Assembly (NCBI GenBank): GCA_053919585.1
Contig: CM132821.1
DNA length: 64,000 bases
Direction: 5' to 3' (one strand)
Source: Euprymna scolopes
Lineage: Eukaryota
Below the pieces are notes generated by a model. That model was not told the DNA's origin. It saw nothing but the letters and a program-made list of their open reading frames with translations, and did no database searches. Position 1 is the first letter of the stretch. Every line of letters starts with the position of its first letter. Of the stretch, positions 24,190 to 36,057 are shown in pieces. The translations under genes and the position numbers were made by a program.

Positions 24190-24415
24190 ACTGTGTCATG
24201 GATGACAGAATAAGAACAATCTACCCCCATGAGAATTAAATAAAGGCTTGAGTTTGAAATTCAGTGTAGATTCCAAAGCTGGACATGAAAAGATTTTTGC
24301 GTTTTTGAAAAGATACACCTGAAGAAGGTTGGAGGTCACATTGGCCGAAATGAGAGAATAACAACCAAGATGAGAATAACGATCCAAATTAGCAATCATT
24401 ATCTCAAGAATTTTG
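24190..24415 (+). mobile_element. Hammerhead element, copy D (single arm, decayed ribozyme)
   Basis: GTCATGGATGACAG...AAATAAAGG...ACACCTGAAGAAGGTTGGAGGTCACATTGGCCGAAA; the cleavage triplet is lost. Confidence 0.7.
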
Positions 24416-24625
24416 TGGCAAAATAATTAAAAAAAAGAATGTACAAAATATTTCAACATGAATTATGTTTAGATGATTTGGAAGAAATTGTTTTATACTA
24501 ATTGATTAAAAATAATTAAAAAAAAAAAAAAATGGAAAATGGGATTGTGTATTACAATCAGAAAACAAGTTTAATGGTGAATGTGTAGAATACTTATAAC
24601 TTGAAAGCCTGAACCCCCCAAAATT

Positions 24626-25120
24626 AACACATAGTTTATATCAAACTCGTTAAAATGAAATTCTCAATCTAGTCAGCCAATGTTTAATGTTTATAAAACT
24701 TCATATTTTCCACTTTTTCGCCTATAAAACCTTCTCAACAATCAACTTTCAATAGCGGCTGAGATCTGAGTGTAGTATCTGTTCTGGTGCTACACTTAAA
24801 TTAATTTGTCCTTAGTTGATGTAGAGGAAACCCTTCTATACTAAGGCAATTTTTATTTTTGCCTACTACCAGAGTGCCCCTTTTTGGGGAGCTGGGCTGG
24901 TTTTCCCCTCACATTAAAAAACGACCTTGTGTCACATATTGCTCTCATAAGGGAAGTAATCAAATACCAATAAAATGTAGGCATGTTATGGTGGCCATTG
25001 AAAGTTGATTGTCGAGAAGACAAACTTTATAGATGAAAAAATGAAAAAAAAGAAATGTTGTAAACTTGGCTGGTTAGAAAGAGAATTTCATTTTAACGAG
25101 TTTCTTATATGATTTGTGTT
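24626..25120. mobile_element. fold-back MITE
   Basis: AAACTCGTTAAAATGAAATTCTC and CAATCAACTTTCAAT are inverted at 24995-25103. Confidence 0.7.
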
Positions 25121-25996
25121 GCTATTTTATTTCTTTGTGTGTCTTATGGATTATCGACTGTTAACTATTCTGCATTTTTACTGGCTCAACATTTTACAAA
25201 AGTGTCCATTTAACAAAGTTTGAAATTTCTTTAATAAAAAAAATGATCTTACTCACAAGTCTCTCCCACTTGTGGAGTCTAGTTGCACTGTTGCCAGGTT
25301 TGTTGTGTGTATTAGCTTGGCTCGACTCTTATATATGCAAATGCAAAAAAAAAAAATAAAAATGAAAGGGAGAAATTCAACGTCTTTCTCTCTCTCTCTA
25401 TCTCTCTCTCTATCTCCCTTTCCTTCCCTTTCCTCATCTCTCTTTCCATAATCCACTACCGTTGTTCTAACTTCTTCTACCCCTCCCTCTTCTTGATAAT
25501 TTGGACGGACAGACAAGACGAGCAGAAAAATACCCTTAAGATTGTTAAAATAAAAATAATAAAAAGCACAGATTTTATTGTAAATTTATCATCAGTTCGT
25601 GTCAGTTCTTCAGATTTTGTCTTCCTGTTAACGTTGATCTGAACTGAAATTTTTTTAAGGAATTGTGAGATTTTTTTTTTTTCTTTTTCTATGCTGATTT
25701 TCCCCCTCTTCAAGTTGTCAATCTGACTGTCATGTTAATTTTATGACCTCCTGTATCAAGAAGACTGATATTTTTGCTGCTTTCTTGCTTTTTAAACAAG
25801 GAGCTAAATTTAAAGGATCTTTTCTACAATGTTTTCTTAATTTTTTTTTTTTTTTTTTTTTTCAACTGACTATTTTGAGATAGGGGATTCAAAAGCAAGA
25901 GTCTTCAATTTATACAAAAGCCAAAATTTGGTTTTTATGTAGAATTTGATTTTATAAAAAAAAAACAGAAAAATCTTTGATACATATCATGGAATG

Positions 25997-26238
25997 AAGA
26001 TGTCATATTTCAAAATCACGTTAATTGGTGAAGTCGTTTTCTAATTAAGAAAATCAAATTTTATTACGGCGTGCTATTTTTGATCGGCTATGTTTTATAA
26101 ATGGCAATTTGAACTATCGAGATCAAAATCAGTCTTGTATTAAATACAATTTACTTTTAAAATAACTAAAAATCTTAAATGATTTTCTATATAAAACTTC
26201 TGTAATCAATTTACGTGATTTTTGGAATATGACATCTT
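25997..26238. mobile_element. MITE with TIR AAGATGTCATATT.CAAAATCACGT.AATTG (related copies at 43268-43560 and 47931-48287)
   Basis: The terminal inverted repeats are visible directly, and the motif recurs in the window. Confidence 0.7.
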
Positions 26239-26659
26239 TCTGTGACAAGTACTTATATCATAAAGCTTTCCTCTCTTTTTTTTTTTTGTGTGTAAATTTT
26301 AAATAAGCACCCCAAATTTTAACACTATCTTGGTATTCAGACTTAAATCGGAGTTTTGAATTTGGAGTAAACAATCTCTCTCCCACCCCCCAACGGACAC
26401 ACCTCACTTCTCTGACAAGAAAACTTCATTACTTTTTAAAGATTCTCCATGGATTTTTACTGCTGTCGACAGCTGTGAATAAATGAGAAAAATTCTTTGC
26501 TCAGTTGTAGAAAGCTAGTTGAGTGGAACTCAATATTTTGCGATACTTGTAAGCATTCAGTTTGCAAGCAGTGCAACTCGTAGGTTGATCGATGATAACC
26601 TGTTTTTTGTGTAAGACGATACAGATGAAAAAGTATATTTGAATGGTTAAGCTGTTGAA

Positions 26660-27300
26660 GTTTTAACTTGATGACATTCGAGCACAGGGTGGAGCAGGTG
26701 CGAGTGTGATTGCAGGAGTTAGAAATGGATGGAGTAGGTTCAGGGAACTTTTGCTATTGCTAATCAAGGGAAGAGTCTATCAGGCATGTTACAGTGTGAT
26801 GATATATGGAAGCGAAAACTGGTCCATGAGGGTTAAGGACATGCGTTGCATGGGGAGAAATGGTGAGAATTCTATGACAGATGCTTTAAAGACATGACCT
26901 CAGAGTAAAATTAAAATCTGTAGAGTATTTATGTTTGTGCTTGTTTTCTGGATAACTGTTTGCTAGAGATATAGCGCCAGACTTCAAGAAATGTTGGCGT
27001 GGTGCATTCCAGGGAGATGTATGCAGAAGAGTAGGGTTCGATGTAAAGACAACGTTGAAAGAATGAGTTGATGGATAAGGCTGTAGGTGCATTCAAAGGG
27101 AAAGCGTAATGGATAAGGATGGACTTGAGAGAAAGAGATGAAGACCCAACCAGAAATATGTGTAAAAGAGTTAAGAAAAAAAACAGTAATATGAAAATCA
27201 GACTTACCAAGGAGGAGACGAAAAAGAAACATGGTGATGGTTAGAGCATCAAAATATACATGACGGCCACGGGAAGAGATCATGTGAGATATGTAAATGT
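26660..27300 (+). mobile_element. RTE-clade LINE 3' fragment
   Basis: VRNGWSRFREL...KGRVYQAC.SVMIYGSENW matches the RTE motif KG..Y.A.VRS.MLYG.E.W. Confidence 0.75.
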
Positions 27301-27846
27301 GGCAAAACAGAAAGTGTATAAAAAGACGAAAGACGAGGAGTTCAGAGGGCGGGATTTCTGTGCTGACGACTGAAAGATTTTATTTATTTATTTTTTATTT
27401 TATTTATTCATTTATTTATTTATTTTTTTTTTTTTTTGGACAGTTTGAAAGTCAATTTCTGAAAGCCGTTCATCACATGACAGCATGAAAAAAACAGATA
27501 TTAAACTGTTTTTTCTCTTGGAGAAAATGAAATAACATTAGACTTCCAATAAAAATCTGATTGTAGATAGGTTAGTTTAGAAGGCAAATTTCTACAAACT
27601 GTCCAATATATATTTGCATGGAAGATGCTAAACCGATGATACTTTATGCCACATGTCCAGTAGAGTACATAAAAAAATTGATTGCAACTCTTAAATTAGT
27701 GAATAAAAACTTGCCATATCAAAAAGAAAAAAAAAAAAAAAAAAAATGATGATACGTAGATTCCATGAACAAAGCTTCTTTCTTAGAACGTCACGCCTGT
27801 GGAATTGTCTTCCGTTTCCTGCTTTCCAGCTGACTACAATATTGTT

Positions 27847-28269
27847 ACGTTTCTGAATTTTTGAGATGAGGATTAGTTATATGTATTATTATTCATCGGA
27901 CTACTGTTCTCATCTTGAGTGTGATTTTCATAACGTTTCGATCAATATAACCTCCGACCTTCTTCAGGTGTACCGTGGCGCAGTGGTTAGAGTACTGGAA
28001 AAAATCAATTGTAAAAGTGATATTCTCCGAAATATACATTTGCGAATTATTTAGGACCTCTATCCAGTCATGGCTGACGGAACAAGAGCACGCTACCCTC
28101 GTGAAGTAAATAAAGGGTTCCGCTCAAAATTTCGTCCAAATTCCAGAGTTCGACAGAAACATTCCCGAGTTCGACAAGATACACCTGAAGAAGGTCGGAG
28201 GTTATATCGAGCGAAACGTTGTGAAAACACACTCAAGATGAGAACAGTAGTCCGATGAATAATAATACA
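27847..28269 (+). mobile_element. Hammerhead/tRNA-head element, copy B (inverted arms, 12-bp TSD)
   Basis: TSD TACAATATTGTT at 27835-27846 and 28270-28281; arms about 27880-27972 and 28180-28271; box A TGGCGCAGTGG at 27976-27986. Confidence 0.85.
28182..28223 (+). ncRNA. minimal type I hammerhead ribozyme, core intact
   Basis: CAC CUGAAGA A GGUCG-GAGGUUAUAU-CGAGC GAAAC GUU^GUG; one G.G mismatch in stem II. Confidence 0.75.
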
Positions 28270-28487
28270 TACAATATTGTTGTCTTCAAGTCCCAACGTA
28301 AACAAGTTCTTGATGAGCCATTCTACTTAAGTTAACAAATTTACCGAATTTCCATTACTAACAATTACTATATTGTCCAATTGACTACTGTACACTCTTA
28401 ACCCTTATCCTCAAGTGATTTCTGGGCCTTGATAAGTGGTTATGCCTATGTAAAAAAAAAAAAAAAAATTCCCTCGAATATCATGGT

Positions 28488-28780
28488 AGATAGGGGCCGA
28501 GACTACCTGTGATATTCGCAATTCCGCGAAACAGGACAAAACCATTATTTTTCACCTTATTTGATTCTTTATAGGCTGTTTAAAACCATTTCTGTAATGT
28601 TTATAAGCCACCCGTTACTATATTATTAATAATGGAAAGATAGTATTACGATTGTTAGGTTGTACAGTATGCTATTATGGTTCCGTACTGTATATGAATA
28701 AATATTCGATTATCATGGTTTTTATCGATTTATGGTGGAAATCCGCGATTATTAATATATTGAAAAAAAAAAAAAAAAAA
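28488..28780. mobile_element. Tigger/pogo-like MITE remnant
   Basis: CCCTCGAATATCATGG...GTGATATTCG hairpin-type subterminal motifs and CCGCGA repeats. Confidence 0.35.
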
Positions 28781-28864
28781 CAATGCCAGCACACCAGAAT
28801 CGAAATACAGCCTGACTCCACAAAAATGCTGAAGAAACCCATCAACATTTGGCAATAAATCGAT

Positions 28865-29120
28865 CTCGCCACAAAGAAGATAAAGCCTGGGAAGTTACAC
28901 ATCATAGGACTGAACAGGACCACACGTCATTCCAACAAAATAAAGTCTGCTCACCGGTAAGACCTGCCTCCATTTGCAAGAATGGAACCAAAGTTATGCC
29001 GTTGGTTGATTATGAACAATCAGATATTTTGAATACATAACGTGACAATGACCTTTCTTGAATTTTTAACAAAATTCCAAGGGAAATAACTCTAAAAGCA
29101 TATAACCAAGGGAAATGACT
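28865..29120 (+). repeat. unclassified interspersed repeat (second copy at 42945-43175)
   Basis: CACAAAGAAGATAAA...GGACCACA.GTCATTCCAACAAAATA...CAAGGGAAATAACTCTAAAA occurs at both sites. Confidence 0.7.
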
Positions 29121-29152
29121 CTAATCTATAATATAAATCTCACCTGTCTAAT

Positions 29153-30470
29153 ATTTTTTTTTTTCATTTTCTTTCTTTGAAGCTTGTAATGCTAGGTATG
29201 GGGCAGCCAAACCAACTGCCAACATTGTCCTGTTTTCTTATCTCAACTGAGAGCTCTTTTTAGTATCCTCGCTGTTCCCTGAAGTGTAATTGTCTGGATT
29301 TCTCTTGCACTTGGTTCACCAGGAATATTAGTTAGTTAGGACTTCAGGTTCTTCTTCATAAGCCCTGTAGCACCTATAATAACTGGTATGATTGATATCT
29401 CCTTAAGATTCCAGTTTCTTTTCATATCATACATGAGACCTTGGTATTTGGTCTGTTTCTCTCTTTTAGCTCTCTTCAGACCTCCATCATTAGGGACACT
29501 CACTTCAACCAAGGTTGCCACTCTTTCTGACATTCCATATAACTGTCAGATTTTACAGCAACATTTTCAAGGTAGGTGGCTGTAGGGATTACATGGTCAC
29601 AATGTATGGTATATAAGTCATTTCCAACTGTTCATTCAGGTTGATGTTCCTGGGACTTACTGGTACACTGGATGTTTCATTTTTTACAGATGGTCTAGTG
29701 GAGATACTTACATACTCTATCATGTCTCGCTGTGTAGTAATCGTCCCCCAAAAGAACCTTGCAACTTGATATCAGATGACTCGCACTTTCCAATTTCGTA
29801 TAGCAGAATCGGCATTTGTTGTCATTACTGATCCCTGCCATCTTCTTGACTGCATTGGTCATCAATCCCTGGTCTTGAGCAGCCATTATAACCCTTTCCT
29901 GATCGTGGTGGAGGGCTCCCCTCTTGAGCCAGTCCAAGGAACCTTCCTTGTTTATGTATTCCTGAGTGTTCCCCCAAAAATACTTTGCACGCTGATGTTG
30001 GTCCCACTCTTTAAGGTTCATCCTTTGGAAGGTCTCGGTATATTTCTGCCGGCACTTTCTTGTAATTTCTGTGGCAGGCTTGTTTAGTGCTTCATCCTCA
30101 TCTGTGAAACAGCCCTGACTAAAATTCTTGGCCAGCTGGGTGACTAAGGTTGTTCTGCTGGCTCTTGTCTCTTGATGTTCATATACCATTGAGAAGGTGT
30201 AGTTCTGGGAGCTTCTCACATACTAGCCTGTTCTCACTATAGTTGCCCTATATTAATGGTTGATCTCTGAGAACCCCAGTCCTCCTACTTCCCTGGGCAA
30301 ATACAGTCTTGGTAGACACTGATTTCTATATATTATTTTATGAAGTGTTAGTAGCTTGCATGTCTTTACATCTAGCCGATTGATGTATTTTTGTGGCCAG
30401 TCAATGATAGCGAAGTTGTATGTTATTACTGGCATAGCAAGCTCGTTTATGGCAGTTATTTTATTTGTAA
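29153..30470 (-). mobile_element. R4/Dong-type non-LTR retrotransposon 3' fragment (RT thumb, CCHC finger, REL endonuclease), pseudogenised
   Basis: RLYLPREVGGLG; MAAQDQ; CRFC-x7-H-x4-C; RHDRVCKYLH; EVSVP...REKQTKY...IPVIIGATG. Confidence 0.85.
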
Positions 30471-30484
30471 GCTAGCAGGTCATT

Positions 30485-30654
30485 GACACACTCACACATA
30501 AGGACTTCCATGGGAGTGTTCCAGAAGTTGTTGGAACAGTAAAACAAGTGCACTGCAGCCAGAGATTACTTCGAAGGGCACTTGCATTTCATGTGTGTAC
30601 TATCAATGTGTCCATACGAAAAATAGTCTGGAAACTTATTGAAGGCACCTTGTA
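30485..30654 (+). mobile_element. mariner 3' end remnant with TIR
   Basis: Encodes a frameshifted FQKLLE...KC.A..DYFEG-like terminus, then GGAAACTTATTGAAGGCACCTTG-TA. Confidence 0.65.
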
Positions 30655-30689
30655 CCCCTTTTCTGAGATTTACTCTCGCCTATAATTCT

Positions 30690-30856
30690 TTATTATCTAT
30701 AAGAGAAGATTATTTTTAAGATCGGATTTTTTTGATTTTTATTAGATGAATTTCTGTACAATACATACCTAAGAACACTGCCAGATATATAAATTAGCTT
30801 TGTGTGAAATTTGTAAAAGTAGGCTCAGTTGTTTCAGGACCTATAAGGAACTTACG

Positions 30857-30887
<31 letters not shown>

Positions 30888-30890
30888 GAA
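30690..30890 (-). mobile_element. Helitron-like non-autonomous fragment (related to 45718-46337 and 58990-59245)
   Basis: AAGAACACTGCCAG...TTTGTGTGAAATTT...GGCTCAG module followed by a CA/TA microsatellite. Confidence 0.55.
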
Positions 30891-30914
30891 TGAGTAGAGA
30901 TTCTGAAGTATTTC

Positions 30915-31048
30915 TAGAAGTACTTATGAGAAGGACTACGTGAAGGTTGCTAAGTGAAAATGTTTCTGTTGAACGAACTGAGTTCGAACTTGGCACACCC
31001 AGGTTGCCAGTCAGCATCGTTAACCACTGAGCCACCATGTTGCTGTCC
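30915..31048 (-). mobile_element. short tRNA-derived SINE
   Basis: Minus strand GGTGGCTCAGTGGTTAACGATGCTGACTGGCAACCTGGGTGTGCCAAGTTCGAACTC; same family as 31368-31474 and 44295-44428. Confidence 0.7.
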
Positions 31049-31367
31049 CATATGTATATCGCGATTCTTAAAAAAAATGTATAAAAGGCTGAAATAATTT
31101 TTCTTAACTTTTCAAAAAGATCAAAAGCCATGTCTTATTTCATTCAACGAATAGGCTTTTTATTTCATTCAGCGGGCAAATATCTCAAAATTAACGTTAC
31201 ACAAAATTGACGTTATTTTATAATTTTCAAAAAATATGGCTGACAGGTTAAGAAGTGGATGTGAGGAAACTTGTATTTCAGAGTTTAAATCGGAAATAGG
31301 TTGTTTAATATTTGAAATCATAATTGAGGAAGAAAGGGGGCACAGAATTAAAAGATGTCAGGTATTT

Positions 31368-31474
31368 ATAGGAGGGACCACGTGAAGGTTGCCAACATTA
31401 TAAGTGAAAGTATTTCTGTCGGACAAACTCGGGTAGAACTTGGCACACCCAGGTTGTCAGCTGGCATCGTTGGG
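31368..31474 (-). mobile_element. short tRNA-derived SINE, 5'-truncated
   Basis: GAACTTGGCACACCCAGGTTGTCAG is shared with the other two copies. Confidence 0.65.
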
Positions 31475-32029
31475 TACTCTGGTAAACTTCAGTCTCCTCA
31501 GTTTGAGCACAAGGATAGACTAGGGTGATAACCAAACCAGAATGACAAACGACCAATCTCCAGGAATGCTTCATTTGCTGAAGAGATAACTTTGCCAATC
31601 TGTTAAACTATAGTCAACAACCTTTAGATAAAGCACGTGTATATGTAAGGAGGAGACTGCAAGAGGGGGGGGCGGGGCATCACCTATTTGGTTTTGAATC
31701 CTGAAGAGTTCTCTTAGAAGCTTCTTCCCATGAAAAACATATATAAAAAAAAAAAAATGGAAACAAGTTTATCAGCAGAACAAAAATATAAGTTGTTCAT
31801 CAAGATACGCAAAGGAAGCTAGTAATAGGATTGTTAATCAAGGTGTGGCAGACAAAATATCGAACATAAAGGTAGATATATTCAAGGTTAGTATAAGGGC
31901 AGTTTTAGATATGACAGCGAATGTTGAAAAACTATGAGTAATGTGAAGCCAATGTCTTATAATTGCTAAACATCCCCCTCATGCTTAAAGCGATTTTTTT
32001 TTTTCTTTTTTTTCGGCACAAATTTATTA

Positions 32030-32420
32030 TTAGTTCCTACCATTGATCACATTATCAATCAGATGTGTCAAATTGAAATTATCTCCCAAGACTAGAGTGA
32101 TACAACGCTGGTAGCATTCTTTAAGAAAGACGATAAGTGCTGCTGCAACAATTCTCGTAATATTGACCAGATCGTTTTGTCTGCTAAAATAGTCCATTCT
32201 TCTGAGACGATTCCAATTCAGATACTTCAGAAAGAGACCAAACCAATGTTGCTTTTGTCTAGGTTGCACTAATCAAATCTTCGCTGCAAGCCAATGCTCA
32301 AAAAATCGTTGGGGCTTCCTACAAAGGACAGTCATTTGTTTCGGTGATTTTGCTGCTGCATTCAGCTCTGTTGACCGTGGCACTCTCTAAGAAGGTTATG
32401 AAAGCAGATGATATCTTGGT
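32030..32420 (+). mobile_element. RTE-like RT remnant
   Basis: Frameshifted RPNQC.F..GCT.QIF and VICFGDFAAAFSSVDR (the D...AFDSVDR RT motif). Confidence 0.6.
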
Positions 32421-32699
32421 CTTTGTCTAGCATACTACTGATCAAACACTAACTCGCATACACATGTGTGATGAGATTTGAGAAACCTTCAAAATGTAAT
32501 GGTCAAAGTAGCAATAAATACTCACCTTTCCAAAGTTGATTTTTAGGTGTATTTGTGTTAGTTTTAAACGAATATCACATTTAAAATTGTTGCCGACAAG
32601 TAGGGTTTTTTTTATGATATTAAGGCGATGATTATCCAATGTTTTCTCTAATGGTTTAGTGGTTGCAATACAGGATTCAAAAGAGAGTCGCCAACCTTA

Positions 32700-33107
32700 T
32701 AGGTCCTTTGCCTCATAATTGTTCTACAAGTACTTTAATGGTAAATGCTCTGACGAACTACAAGCACTTGTACCTCCTTGACGTGACTACCCCCCCCCCC
32801 GACAAACCCGACAAGCAGCTAAGTCCCACCCCTTCACAGTAGAGATCCCTAGGTGTAAGAAAGCCTTTTATTCCAATAGTTTCTTCCCCAGAACTGCTAG
32901 ACTTTGGAATTTTCTTCCGGGATTCTGCTTTCCCAACTGAACTGATATGCAGAAGTTCAAGTGTAATATGAACAAACATCTTACTACTCATCTCCCTTCA
33001 TAATGCCCGTGCAAATTATGTCCCCGATAGTAACCCCCTACTTCAAAGTGGCACTGGTGCCTTGTTTTGGATGAAAACTGATTTAAAAAAAAAAAAAAAA
33101 AAAAAAC
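32700..33107 (+). mobile_element. CR1/L2-group LINE 3' fragment with poly(A)
   Basis: FYKYFNGKCSDELQALVPP...KAFYSNSFFPRTARLW; same subfamily as 4421-4945. Confidence 0.8.
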
Positions 33108-33147
33108 TTAAGATATACATGTTCACTTCGGTTTGTACAAAATTCGC

Positions 33148-34474
33148 GACAAGGGGGTTAACTTTTACATGACTTTGGGGGACAGTAAAAGGATCACACC
33201 GGTATGATCGAATAAAGAGTTTTATTTTATTTTATTTTTTTCACTTAATGTTAACAATTACTGAAGTTAATGAGTATTTTATTTTTAAATAACAGAACTT
33301 TATAAAATAAACTTTTTATATAGCCGTTTTATTTTCAATAATAAAAAAAATTAAACGACTGTTTTATTTATAAACAATTCAGGCAGAGAAGCAAGCACTA
33401 AGCAGAACTGAGGAAATCTTATTTTTTAAAATAATTATTTTATTAAGTGAAAGAAATTGGAAGATGCACTGAGCCTCATAAACTTCTGATTTAAAGAATA
33501 AAAAAAAGGGTTACTAGATTCTTCAGAATCGAATAATATATATATATATATATATAATTTTTTTTTTTTTTTTTTTTTTTTTACATCTATGAATACGGTT
33601 TAAAAAAAATCTATATTTCATTTAAGACATACTAAAATATATTTTATCAATATTTTTTTTTTAATTTAAAAAACGTGGGAATACTTTGATATTTAAAAAA
33701 TCCTGATTGTAAAATTCATGAATTTTACAATTAGGAATTTAAAAAAATATTTTTTTAAATTTGTTCTTTAATAAAGTCTTCAGTTCTGAGTGCTCTACAT
33801 TGTTTTATAAATAAAAGTTATTTTAATTTCTTTCTTTTTTTTTTTAAAACAGTTATTTAAAATGTTTTTTATAAAGCACTGTATTGTTTACAAAATAAAA
33901 TACTTATTAACTTCAGTAAGTGTTTGTTAACATTAAGTGAAAAAAAAAAGTTGGTACCGTGTTGGAAATATTCCAATAATACATTTTATGCAAATTATCC
34001 ACTTATTGAGGGAGAGGTTACATATAAACACTAAAAAAAGAACCTTCGACGAAAAGTTAAAGAAATTAAAAGAAAAGAATTTACTGGAAGGGCGAGTGAA
34101 ACTCAAAAGAATTTACTGAACGGAATGAAAACACTTCTCACCTCTGCTACCTAATTTTCTTCAACAAAAAATGAACATTCTCTAGGACAACAGTTTTGGA
34201 AATTGGCAAACTTCAAACGGACATAAGTATTACCTTTTATTGTATTTGTAATTATGATTGAACATAATTTGTTTTTGAATGCAATAACTTGTTGGTTTTT
34301 AATTGCCTTCGTCCCAAAAAAACAAAACGGAAGGTTGCTCTGCTACAAAAGATTGTTCTTTTCTATACAAAAAAAAAAAAAGTGTTAGGAATAACTAAGT
34401 ACAAAAAATTTCTAACAACCGGTGTGATGTTTTTACTGTCCCCTAAAGTCATGTAAGAGTTACAGCCCCTTGTC
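33148..34474. mobile_element. non-autonomous TIR element (about 55-bp TIRs) containing a nested fold-back (33240-33945)
   Basis: GACAAGGGG..TAACTTTTACATGACTTT.GGGGACAGTAAAA..ATCACACCGGT is inverted at 34418-34474. Confidence 0.75.
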
Positions 34475-35184
34475 TCTCTGCCTAAAATTCAGATTTATGT
34501 GGAAAGATCAGGCAGAATTCAATTGTAAGGGAGATAATTCATTATTGTTAAAATGACGGAATTATTTCCCTGGAATATATTAACTTAATGGTACCGAAAA
34601 CGCCATTACTGGCCACACACGAGATCTCTTCTGCATGGCACAAAGCAATAATGACACATGGCAAAACGAAAAATATACGAATTACTTTAAATTTAGGTAT
34701 GAACATAATAAAGGCGGAATTTTTGACCCCCACAACAAATAACAGTAAAAACTTGTAAAATAAAATTGATTCATCTTAATTTTTGCAGTATTCTCAAGAA
34801 ATATTCTAAAAAAAGATTTCATTTTTTTTTTTTTTTAATTTAATTTAATTTTTTTTACTCTCCGTAAAACCGGTGAATTTTCAAAAAATTCCCCCAAAAG
34901 CTAAAAACGGGAAAATTGGAACCGCATATTATTTTTACATATTTTGACATAAACAATAAAAACAACGTAATTTTTTAAATTCTCTCAAAAAATCAAATTG
35001 ATCTTGTTAATGTTTTACAGACTTATTAAAAAAAAAAAAAAAGGCTGAACGCTATATAAACTGAACTAAAATAACAAAAAAAATTCTCATATTTTGCAGC
35101 CATCCCCAACACACGATCTCATCAGATTTTTGTGGAGTATTTACATCTTAGTGTTTTTTACATATTAAAATGTTTTATTTAAAA

Positions 35185-35650
35185 ATGAAGACAATGAAAG
35201 GAACTCGCATTTTAACATTTAATAAACAACTTTATTTGTCATCTTCATTAGTAGCGTGTACAAGAGAGAAACAGGTTGAAGTGTTCTTGTGTAAAGATAG
35301 ATTTCATATATTGCCGGCTTGTTGAGGAGAAAATAGTTCAGTTTACACGTGTTTGTAGTCAGTAGTCATCAGGATGAAGGAGGCCAGTTAAAGGAGAAAG
35401 AAAGAGCAAAGGCTTCAGTGTTTTTATGTGTTGTAGTGTGTGTGTGTGTGTCGGTGTGTCGGTGTGTCAATGAGAGCAGTTCTGTAACATGATAAAGAAA
35501 GTTTGTGTGGGTACCGCACATGGAAATAAGTGGGAGTTTGAAGAGAGCCATATGGGCTTGTTAAACTCACTTTGGCCGGCGATGTATGCTGTAGGGCAGA
35601 GTAGGGAGAAAGACTGTTTGTGATATCGCCTTTTATGTACTCGGTCACAT
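35185..35650 (-). mobile_element. LTR-like repeat, truncated copy
   Basis: Collinear with 36755-37375. Confidence 0.5.
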
Positions 35651-35654
35651 TATT

Positions 35655-36057
35655 TTCAGGACAAGTGCTCATCTGAGCTCCAATCTATGGTCTCCCTTTG
35701 TCTGACTTTTACAAAACACACTTGTCTAGCTGAAAACACTATCAATAATTCCCCCCACTCTTTATCTGTGCCTAAACCTAAACGTAGATTCTATGAACAA
35801 AGCTTCTTTCTTAGAACTGCACGCCTGTGGAACTCTTTTCTGTTTTCCTACTTTCCAACTGACTACAATATGATCGTCTTCAATATAAACAAGTTCTTGA
35901 TAAGCCGTTCCCCTTAAGTAATCAAATTTACCAAATTTCCACTACTAACAATATCTATGATATTGGCTCAATTGATTACCATACACTCATTAACCCTTAT
36001 CCTTGAATGACCTTAATAAGCTGTGAATCCTTTGTGAAAAAAAAAAGAAAAAAAAAA
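35655..36057 (+). mobile_element. CR1/L2-group LINE 3' fragment
   Basis: PHSLSVPKPKRRFYEQSFFLRTARLWNS plus poly(A). Confidence 0.85.

Larger units (their letters stand above)
27755..28468 (+). mobile_element. CR1/L2-group LINE 3' fragment interrupted by hammerhead element copy B
   Basis: GATTCCATGAACAAAGCTTCTTTCTTAGAAC...TGACTACAATATTGTT | insert | GTCTTCAAGTCC...poly(A). Confidence 0.85.
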
